The notes under the pieces: model-generated
The model's input: the letters and a program-made list of their open reading frames with translations, nothing else
The model's database searches: none
Told to the model about the DNA's origin: nothing
Program-made: the position numbers and the translations under genes
Assembly (NCBI GenBank): GCA_016748015.1
Contig: JAAOMT010000098.1
Coordinates: forward strand, 338,190-402,189
Length of the DNA: 64,000 nt
DNA from: Geosiphon pyriformis uo1
Lineage: Eukaryota; Fungi; Glomeromycota
Reading direction: 5' to 3'
Shown: piece by piece, positions 1 through 11,200 of the stretch
Numbering within the stretch: position 1 is the first letter of the stretch
How the letters are laid out: each line of letters starts with the position of its first letter

Positions 1-2878
1 AACCAGACAAGAACTGGGTCTTTAGAGTCTAGCTTCTTTTATTTGTAAAAAGTGTTCTATATAAAATACATACTGCAATAATCCAAAAACTGGTTTACAA
101 ACACAATACTATACTTTTTAAGAAACTTTACCACATTCAAATAGAATTCTGAACCCAGTATATCTAGCACTACAATTTTATTCTGGTCTAAAAAACATCA
201 GGCAGATCACCATCCAAAGACAGATTACACAAATTAAAAGCACATATTACACTAGTCAGAAAACAATTCATTAGATCAATTAACAACTTGGTTGAAACTT
301 GGAAAGAGTGCCAGAACATTCAGCTAGTGGTCTGTAGCTCTATGGCTCTGTATTCAAATAACTTTCTGAAAATTCTATCAGTATTAGCAAAATTAACCAA
401 ACTAGCCAACAGGTTTTTAGTTAACACTTGCTCAAAAGTCTTTAAATCATACAACTCAAGATAATTCAAAGCTTTATTTGGAAAATCCTTGGACAGATTG
501 GCCTTGAGCTTTAATTTTTTCTTCAATATTGTCTCACTTCTCATACACACTTTTTGAAACACAATTAAACTGTAGTTTATAGTTAATTATAAGCTATAAA
601 ATAGCAAAAACTAAAAACAAAAACTGTTTTTTAGTGATGGCCTTTTTCAAAACCACATTTGAAAAGAATCTAATATTTGAATAAGCTTTGGTTAAGTTCA
701 GCTTGAACAGACTATCTGTCAAAAAAAAAATTCTTAAGTATTGATAAGACTTATATCTTTTGGCTATGGAAATACTAGAATCACTAATAGACAGCAAAGC
801 TTCTTTGGCTCCTTGATTGATAGGAATAGCAACAATTTTGTCTGTATTAATTGAAATATTATTGATTAAAAAAAACTCACTTGTAATGTTCAAAATACAT
901 TATATAGCTGTTATGCAATTTCCAACTCAAATAGTGTTATCTACAAAGGCACCAGCCACGAAAAAGAAGCTCTGCCATCTTTAGAATCAATTTTATTAGT
1001 CTTTGTAAAAAATTTTGAACTTAATCTGTAACCATACAATTGTTTATGTCTTTTAATCTCACAAAGCAGAGGATCATAAAAAATCTTCTATAGCAATGAC
1101 AAGAAAACTTCTTCTTGATTCAACTTATCATAAACAGTATATTTATTAATTAATTTAAAGTTTGTCATCATTCAGTTGGTCTGATCATTGTGTATACTCC
1201 CAAAAAACTTTATAAAATAGAGACATATTTTGATTTTAATTAAGCTGTTTTACAAATAAAACTACCTGACTGAGTTATAAGTCTTTTACATGTTTTAAAG
1301 AACTAATCACAGCTTTTTGTTTTTCTCTAGCATATTTTTGATAATAAAACCAATGACAAAAATTGGAGTTTAAGTGAATGTATTCTTCAGAACTAAGAAA
1401 TTGTTATTATATAGAACATTAAATTCATTGCAAGCTAAAGATATTCTATCAGAAAAGATTTTGAACAGTATCTTTTCTGTCTTAATTAATGCTATAAGTC
1501 TGGTATTGGTAAGTGTTTTTTTTCAGTTATATGGCTTTGATATTATAGAAATCCAGGCCTGTTTTTACTGTATAGGCACTATATTTAACACTAAATATGT
1601 ATTAAAAATATCCAACAAATCACTTAGAATCTGAGCATTTTCATGCTTCCAAAGTTCATTAAGAATACCAAAAATGCCAGCAGCTTTCCTATCAGGCAGT
1701 TTTTTGATCACCAAAAAAAACTCATCAGACTTGATATTACACATAATATTCAAAAATATATTATTATTGACATAGTCTAAAAAGACATATTGATTAGACC
1801 AATGAGCAGACAGAAAATTAAAGACAACACATTTTCTTGTCTACTACTCCATAATAACATCAACAACAGACTTAATTTTACTAGGCACCAGAATCAAGTC
1901 ATTATTTACTATTAAATAGTCAAGCACTACCTTTCAAAATAGCCATTCCAAGACACTTCTAATCATATGTTTTTTATTAGAACAAAAGTTTTCTATGTAT
2001 TTGTCTATTGTCTTTTTAATAAAAACATTTTTGATAATCTTAGACTTGTAATATTTGGACCTATAATATATTTTTTTGACCTTTGACAAGTAATACAAAA
2101 TTTTTTCTCTGCTCTTACTATTATTAAACATGATGCATATTTTGAAAGCCTCCTAATTATCAATAGTGGATTATATATCAAAAAGCTAATTGGCTCCTAA
2201 CTTTTGTTTTGAACTCAAATATTTTACTATTTTGGCTACTAGTAATTTCAATCTAAAGAATTTTGATGACTGCATATTTCTTAAACATCAAACTCACTAA
2301 ACCAGAACTTAGAAAATACTTCATTAGCAAAGCTTATTATTACCTTCTTAAAAATTTTTTACATAGTATCCAAATTTTCACTATTTCTTACACCATTGAA
2401 TTTATTCAACTTTTCCAAAAATTTGTTTAATGAATACTTTCTAAAATATAACTACTTATTAACATCTGTATCTTTAATCCTGAACTTTCATTTATTTTTG
2501 TTAGCCTGTTTATAATTGCTATTAAGATGGGCATCCAAGAAACCACTCAGACCAATTGAAACCAAAACAGTATTGTGATCCATATCAAAAAATTCAGAAC
2601 AGAAACAACTTTATGACTGGTTACTGCAAATAACAAACTCTTACTTACAAAAATGTAATTAATAACCTTCACAGCACTTTTTGAATTGCTTCAAATAGAA
2701 ACTTTGACCAGTGAATACCCACTAAAAGAATTAACCAAACCCAAATCCAAGCAAAACCTAAAACTTGCATTTTTCTTAGATCTATTTTCATTGAAATCTC
2801 TACTTAAAACTGCAAATGTAAAGGAATTAACAGCCCTAGCAATAAAAAAGTTGATTTTTAAAGCCTGATCGAACCTGG
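1..2878 (-). pseudogene. LINE L1 ORF2 (APE C-terminal part, RT), degenerate
   Basis: ORF fragments 320-562, 594-893, 1565-1753, 1934-2131, 2691-2888 are collinear with L2/L4 ORF2; many stops. Confidence 0.85.
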
Positions 2879-3684
2879 TGTTACTCATAAAAAAAGAAAA
2901 CAGATATAAAAAAATAGTAGACCAATAAGTGAGTAGTAGTCAGCACATAAGCATATTGTTTAGCAATGTGGAGTAATGTCAAGAAGATATGACACATTGC
3001 TCAGCAATGTAAACATTGTTTGAGAAATTATAGCACATTACTTAAGAATGTGAGCAATCTTATAGAACCCAAGTTATGTATATATAGCAGTAGTGCTAAA
3101 AGTAAAAAGAACAGAATCTTTTAGTTAAAAATCTTCCATTCAAAAATATTAAATAAATAAACCATTCACCATTCAAATCCACTTTCCACTATCAACATAA
3201 AGTGTTGATAGTAATTGCTACTTAACCCACTCTGGAACAATGGCTCTTAATCACGACTATTAATGGATATTAAACTTGTGCATTGTCTTGACTCATTTCT
3301 TTATTTTCTTTTATTTTCTTTTCTTTCTTTGATTTTATTGCTGTATACTAATAGATAAGAGATTAAAATGCTGAGTAATTGACGTCATAGATAGCCTGGT
3401 AAAAGACCCAGAATAAGGGTAAAATTATATATATATTAACAAATAGCTTACCAGAAAGACACGACTGCCAGAATAAACTGGCCACCAAGCTAAAGACAGA
3501 AATTGAGAACACAACTTACTAACCAACTACATTATCATTGAATCTCTGCCCATTATACAAAAGACTCAACTTTAAAACCTTCAAATACAACTACTATACT
3601 AGTATTACCAGCATTATTAAGATATTAAACACCAAGTTATAGATTTGTTATTTGATTTGAGACCCCAAATAATCATCTGTAACA
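2879..3684 (+). repeat. 5' LTR of gypsy A (806 bp)
   Basis: Starts TGTTAC, ends GTAACA, TATATATA box, AATAAA, followed by PBS; direct repeat of 22141-22947. Confidence 0.95.
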
Positions 3685-3703
3685 TTTGGTGCTTTCTGTG
3701 AGG
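3685..3703 (+). promoter_or_regulatory. Primer-binding site of A (TTTGGTGCTTTCTGTGAGG)
   Basis: TGG (complement of tRNA CCA) 2 nt after the LTR end; same motif in B and C. Confidence 0.85.
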
Positions 3704-3746
3704 TATAATCCTAAAAAAAACCAGCACCATCAACAATCATCTAAAA

Positions 3747-6700
3747 GTGGCAGAATCAGAAATCATAGAAACAAACCATCTAGGATTTGCCAAATCCTTA
3801 TTCCAACAGTACAGTCAACAATTAGGATTAAACAATAATCATTTCCCAACAAAATCAGCCTTCAACTTTTATGTCAATGATAAAATCACAGACTGCTTAG
3901 GAGGAATAGTTAACATTGAATCAGCAAAAAAAAAATTCTATACGGAATTATTTCAACATACTAGCTTACCAAAAAACTACAGTTTTGCCCCAATTATTAG
4001 GGAAATCAATTAAACTATCAAAAGGTATACACAACAACAATTCCCCATCACCTACACAGATAAAAGGGAAGATTGCAAACCTCAGCAGTAACACCAAAAC
4101 AAATACAACCACCCAATTAGAAAAAAACCCAAGTTGAATCACCCTCCAATCCATCATATTATTATATGCCCAGAAGTGCCATTAACATCTTATCAACAAA
4201 TACATCCACATCAAACACAACATCAACCTTTAGATGCTTCCTATTTCAAAGTAAACAAAGAAAAGCAGAGTTATTAGAACCATATGGCGATTACTTTGAA
4301 GGATTTAAATTGTGATCGCCAACACCATCAGGATTCTGATCACTACCACCTCAACCAGATTTTGGAAACATGAGTTTTTGGGAAATAACGAAATCAGAAG
4401 AAGAGAAAAAAGAAGAATCTAAAAATCAAAAATTTACTTATCAGAACCCAATTATGAAAAACATGGAATTTGGAATCCTGAATCTTCAAACCCAGTAAAT
4501 TAAAATTTAGAAAATCTGGAAATTGAAACTCCGAATATTCAACCACTGCCAAATCAAAACAATCAAAACCCTGATTTAATTAATCAACCAGACCTATTTT
4601 TTGTTATTATTATTAACCCACCACCAGTTGAACCAATTGACCAGCCACTACAACAACCACACCAGTAGATTCAACAACCACTACAACCCAACTTAGATCT
4701 AATGGCATATGCACCAATAGTCAAACTCAAAAAATTCACTAGTGAAGAGGACAACACCCAAGTATAGGTAAATAATATGAAGAAAGCCATCGCAGCTAAT
4801 GGATGGAATGATGCCAGAGCCATGCAAGCCATCTCATATTTTCTCCAGGATACTGCTGATTTATGATACCAAAGCTTGGTCAACAAACTCCAAGATTTTA
4901 ATGCATTCAAAATTGAGTTCTTAAGATACTTCAGCAACAATAACAGCATTAACAGACTAGTGAACATATTCATTACCATCAAACAAGGAGAAAATGAAGC
5001 AGTTACCACTTACTTAGAATGCTTCCACAGAAATCTGCACCAGATCCAAGCCATTGATGCCAATTATTTTACAGTGGCCCAGATCTTAAATCAGTTTATT
5101 TGCGGATTATGCAGTAGCATTCTGCAACGCATACATCCAATGCATTTTGTTGATCTGCAAGCAGCTGTCACAAATGCCAGAGATTTTGAAGCTGTTGAAC
5201 TCGAAGCTAACCATGCCCAAACAGTTAATCTAGTAATAAATAGATCATCTGAATTGGATTCCAAATTGAAAAAATTTAGTGATTCCATTAATCAGAAATT
5301 AGAGGGATACTTAGCTGACAATCGCACAATTTATCAATCACTACAACAACGCAATAATTCTGGAAATGCGAATCGTTTTCAGAGTCAATCACATCCATTA
5401 TTGTCAACCAATCAACAGTGGCAACAGAAAATGTGTGTTTGCTACTATTGTGGTAAACAAGGACATCTACAAATCGATTGTCATCATTACTTAAATAACC
5501 AATGATCAGGAAATCAATATCAAAACCCTGATTGCCAGTTTCAAATTCCGAATAACCTACCAAACTCAGAGCCATATCATCAGAATTACTTACCTATGAT
5601 ATAGCAGCCACTTTATCAACCACCAATATATCAAGTGCCAATTTATTAACCAATGACATTATCAATCTATCAACCCCAGTCCCAACCCATTTATTAGCCA
5701 CAGCCTCGAGTAATTTATCAGCCTCAACAAATTCAAACACTGCTACAGAATTTACCTCAAAATAGAACTCAAAGGCTGAGATTGATCCAACAAAGCTGAA
5801 GATTGTCAATAATAGTCCACCAACTGATTCCCAGTTCTTCCACACAACCCACAGGATTTCAACAACAGAATTTGGGTACTGGGTACACCCAAAACCCAAA
5901 TTTTCAGAACTATTTAAGCCTTCTGGTCACCCCAGAAGATGCCCAACCCAATAACCCGGAAACCAACTAACACCCAATACTTACCAGCAATATTCTGCTA
6001 GCTACCATTACTAAAAACAAATTACTGGACACCATTTTCCCGTTTGAACTTAAAAAACCATCAACCACACCAGTCCCATTATTTAGTGGAACCACTCTTA
6101 ACACCAAACCAATTACTGCTATATATACTGACATGAAAGTTGATGGCCATGCCATCAAACTGATCCTAGATAGTAGATTAGTTGGCAGCATCATCACATG
6201 ACAACTCATGAACCAATTAAGTTACCGAGTTGATTGTGCTGCTAGCACATGCATAATTACTGCTGATAGAGTGACTAAAACTCCAATTAGTAAAATCGAT
6301 GACTTCTCTTTTAAAGTCAACAGCATCATTACTTCCATTAAAGTTCTAGTAATAAAAGCAACACAATATCAAGCATTGATAGGCAATGATTGGTTATTCA
6401 AAACTAATGTCATATTTAATTGGACCAGTCCAAAATTACAACTCAGTCAAAACAGTTAATACACATGTGTACCAGCCACGTGTGGCCATTTCAAGACCAC
6501 CAACTCAACAATCCTGCTTATTGAATTTGAAGAAGAAAAGGAAAAACCTACCTGAGAAGCTTATCAAGTGTCCTGGGCCAACAAAGATCACAACAAACTA
6601 CTGCCTATACTTTCTTAGAATGATAATGGCAAAGGAAAACAGAAGGAGACTAAACTTACCTGAAATACTGACCAAACTTGGAAAATTAACAATAATCAGG

Positions 6701-7371
6701 ATGAACTAACTTAGGAGTGGATAGATGATAATAGTAAGGGAAAAGGAAAAGAGAAAGAGAAGGAAACAACACCTACCAACAGCACTTATAGTTCACATGC
6801 TTACATTTTACTACTGCCATTTGGCTATCGCTAATTAAAACTAGTATGCATTGATTGTGGCAAAAAATTGTCATCAATGGGTGCATGCTGTGATAATGAT
6901 AAAGAATACCAAATGGTAACCAAATTCTACTGTTACGTATGCATTATAAAATGCTTTGGATGACCAAAACAGCAAGGAAAATAGGACAACAAATTTTGTC
7001 TAGCTTGTAGAAAAACCTTATTCAATAAAGGAAATAACATTTCTGGTTGAAAAGAAACGTGCAACACTTTGTGTCAGTACATGATCCTTATCAGTGATTG
7101 GATTAAAAAAGAGACATCAATAGAAGCCACCTAGAAAAAAGCTGTACAACAATTAGACAATTGTCCACACGATGACGATGAAATTTGAAGAATGACAATA
7201 GCCAAAATAGAAAAAACATTACCTGAAAAAGTCAGGGAAATCAAAAACAACCCACCAGAATCCATAGAGCTTAACTGAGACCCAGAACCAGTCATAAATC
7301 TTCTAGATTCAGAACAATTTCATAAACACTATTAGGAATAAGCACTCACTAAAAAAGAGTAAGAACAATAC
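3747..7371 (+). pseudogene. gag-pol: Gypsy A Gag - CCHC knuckle - protease - Cys-rich domain (5' part of polyprotein)
   Basis: Retrotrans_gag-like AANGWNDARAMQ..WYQSL, CYYCGKQGHLQIDC, Q/P/Y-rich linker, protease LILDS(G)S; premature stops. Confidence 0.9.
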
Positions 7372-8237
7372 TATTACTCATAAAAAAAAACAGATATAGA
7401 AAAATAGTAGACCAATAAGAGAATAGTATTTAGTATGTGAACACATTACTCAGCAATGTGGAGCAATGTGAAACAATGTCAGAAAACACGGCATATTGCT
7501 TAGTAATGTGAAGCAATGTTAAAAAATTAAAGCACATCACTCAATAATGTGAGTATTGCTCAAGAAATCATAGCACATTACTTGGAAATGTAAGCGATCT
7601 TGTAGAACATCAATTATGTATATATAGCAGTAGCATTAGAAGTAAAAAGGGCAGAATCCTTTTGTTAAAAATCTTAAAATCACAAATATTAAATAAATAA
7701 ATCATCTACTATCCAAATTCACTCTCTACTATCAACACTTCATGTTGATAGCAAGTAATACTTAACCACACTGGAACAATAGCTCTTAATCACAGTTATT
7801 GACAGGATACTAACTTGTTCATTGCCTTGGCTTATTCTTTATTTTTCTTTTTTTTCTTTTTCTTTTTTTTAATTTTGATTTTGTTGGTTACTAAAACTTG
7901 ATTAAAGATTAAAGTGCTGAGTTATTGACATTACAGATAGCCTGGTAAAAGACCCAAAAATAAGGGTAGAATTATATATATATTATCAGATAGCTTACCA
8001 GAAAGACACAAATGCCAGAATAAATCTGGCCACCAAGCTGAAAAAGAAATTGGAAAACAACTTACAAAAAAACTGCTAATAACATAAACAAGAAATCTCT
8101 GTCTATTATACAAAGGACTCAACTTTAAAACCTTCAGACACCACCAATGTACTAGTATCACCAGTCTTGTCAAAATATTGAGCACCAAGTTATGGATTTG
8201 TTATTTAATTTGAGACCCCAAATAATCATCTGTAATA
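7372..8237 (+). repeat. 5' LTR of gypsy B (866 bp)
   Basis: TATTAC..GTAATA (mutated termini), direct repeat of 16560-17454. Confidence 0.93.
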
Positions 8238-8256
8238 TTTGGTGCTCTCTGTGAGG
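8238..8256 (+). promoter_or_regulatory. Primer-binding site of B (TTTGGTGCTCTCTGTGAGG)
   Basis: Immediately after the LTR; TGG start. Confidence 0.85.
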
Positions 8257-8299
8257 TATAATCCTACAGAGAACCAGCACCATCAACAATCATCCAAAA

Positions 8300-11200
8300 G
8301 TGGCAGAATCAGAAATCATAGAGACAAACCATTTAGGATTCGCCAAATCTTTATTTTAATAGTACAGTCAATAATTAGGATTGAACAATAATCATTTCCC
8401 AGCAGAATTAGCCTTCAACTTCTACATTAACAATAAAATCAAAGATTGCTTAGGAGGAACAGTTAACATTAAATCAGCAAGAGAAAACTTCTATACAGAA
8501 TTATTTCAACATACCAGCTTACCAAAAAACTACAGTTTCACACCAATTATTAGGGAAATTAATTAAACTATTAAAAAGTATACACAACAACAATTCCTCA
8601 TCACCTATGCAGATAAAAGCAAAGGAAGATTGCAAACCCCAGCAGTAACACTAAAACAAATCCAACCATTCAATTAGAAGAAAATTTGAGTTGAATCATC
8701 CACCAATCTATCATACCATTATATGTCTGGAAGTGTTATCAACATCTCATTAACAGACACATCTACATCAAACGTGACATCAACCTTTGGACACTTCCTA
8801 TTTCAAAGTAAACAACAAAAAGCAGAATTATTAGGACCATATGGTGATTACTTTGAAGAATTTAAATTACAATCGCCAACACCATCAGGATTTTGATCAC
8901 CACTATTGCAGCCAGATTTCAGAACTGCAAATCTCTGAGAATTAACAGAATCAGAAAAGAAACAAGAAAAATAAAAATCTGAAGATTAAGAATTTACTTA
9001 CCAGAACCCGATCTCAGAAAACCTGGAAATTGAAACTCCAAATTTTCAAACACAACACAATCAGCACAATCAAAACCCCAACATTAATAATCAACAACAC
9101 TTACCTTCAGTAATTGTGATCAATCCATCTACAGTTCCACCAATTGACGAATAATAACAACAGTCACTTCAACCACCTCAACTACCATAGCAGCTGCAAC
9201 AACAACTTCAACAACTAAACTTAAATCTAATGGCCTACGCTCCAATAGCAAAACTCAAAAAATTTACTGGCAAAGAGGATGACATCCAAATATGACTTAA
9301 TGATATAAAAAAAACCATTGTGGCTAATAGATGGAATGATGCCAAAGCCATGCAAACCATCCCATATTTTTTCCAGGATACTGCCAATTCATGGTACCAA
9401 AGTCTGGTCAACAAACTCCAAGATTTCAATGCATTCAAAATAGAATTCTTAAGATACTTCAGCAACAATAACAGCATTAACAGACTAGCAAACATCTTTA
9501 CTATTATCAAACAAGAAGAAAATAAAGCAGTCACTACTTACTTAGGACACTTCTACAGGAATCTGCATCAGATCCAAGTTATCAACCCCAATTATTTCAC
9601 AGTAGCCCAGATTCTAAATCAGTTTATTCATAGATTATACAGTAGTATTCTACAATGAATACATTCAATGCATCCTATCGATCTGCAAGCAGCCATCACA
9701 AATGTCAGAGATTTTGAAGCCGCTGAACTTGAAGCTAACCACACTCAAACTGTTAATCTAGTAATGAATAAATTATCTGAATTGGATTCCAAACTGAAAC
9801 AATTTAGTGATTCCATCAATCAGAAATTAGAGGGATACTTAGCTGACAATCATGCAATTTATTGATTACCACAACGACACAATAATTCCAGAAATGCGAA
9901 TTGTTTCCAGAATCAGTCACATTCATTATTGTCAACCAATCAACAGTGGCAACAGAAAATGTGTGTTTGCCACTATTGTGGTAAACAAGGACACTTACAA
10001 ATTGATTGCCACCATTGCTTAAATAACCAACAATCAGGAAATCAATATTGAAAACCCAATTGCCAGTTTTAAATTCTGAATAACCCACCAAACTCCGAAC
10101 CATATCATCAGAATTACTTACCTAGAATGCAGCAAACATCTTATCAACTACCAGTATATCAAATGCCAATTTATTAACTGACAACACCAGTAATTTATCA
10201 GCCACAGCCACAATCCATTTATCAGCCGCAGCCTTAGGTAATATATTAGCCCCAACAAATTCAAACACCACCACAAAACTTATCTCAAAATGGAACCTGA
10301 AGGCTGAGATTGATCCAACAAAGCTGGAGATTATCAATGATAGTCCATCAACCAATCTCCAGTCCCATGGCACAACCATCAGGCTTTTGGCAATAGAATT
10401 TGGGCACTGGGTATGCCCAAAACCTGAATTCCCAAAACTATTTAAGCTTTCTGGTCACCCCAGAAGACACCCAACCCAATAACCTGGAAACCAACCAACA
10501 CCCAACACTTAACAGCAACATTCTGTCAGCTACCATTACTAAAAACGAATTGCTGGATGCCATCTTTCTGTTTAAACTCGAAGAACTGTCAACCACACCA
10601 TTATTTAGTGAAGTCATTCTGAAAGAAAAACCCATGACTGCTATGTACATTGATGCCAAAGTTGATGGCCACTCCATCAAACTGATCCTGGACAGTGGAT
10701 CAGCTGGCAGCATAATTACAAAACAACTCATGGACCAATTAGGTCGCCAAGTTGATTAAGCTGCCAGCACATGCATCATCACAGCTGATGAAGTGACCAA
10801 AACTCCAATCAGTAAAATCAATAACTTCCCAATTGAGATCAATGGCATCACAATACCCATCAAAGTTTTTGTGATGGAAGCCACCCAGTACCAAGTGCTA
10901 ATTGGTAATAACTGGCTTATCAAAACAAATGCTATTCTCGATTGGACCACTTAGGAGTTACAGCTTAGCCAGAATGGCCAACACACAAAGGTACCAGCAA
11001 TGTGTGGCCATTTTAAACCCAGCATTATGCCAGTTCCACTAATTAAGTTTGAGATAAAGGAAAGGAAACCAACATAAGAGGCATATCAAGTCTTGTGGAC
11101 TGATAAAGACCACAACAAACTGCTGCCAATACTATTATAAGATGACAACAGAAAGAGAAAACAAAGAGAAAAACTTACCTGGAAGACTGACAATCTGACC

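Noticed and set aside
2941-3060. U3 palindromic repeats as a CRISPR array or as RFX X-boxes (GTTGCTCAGCAAC)
   Set aside because: Eukaryotic LTR context, no unique spacers or cas genes. Decay variants (GCGAT, CATCAC) favour an ancestral CATCGC/GCGATG core over the X-box.
5530-5960. S/T-rich alternative reading frame overlapping the Gag-PR linker (possible frameshift product)
   Set aside because: The Q/P/Y frame is continuous with protease. The shifted frame is an expected by-product of CAA/CCA/TAT repeats and I see no canonical slippery heptamer. Unresolved but unsupported.
7368-7371. CpG-centred target-site preference (ACGC, GCGG)
   Set aside because: Plausible for B and C, but A's site must be CTGG to keep the conserved Arg codon in the host LINE; n=3.
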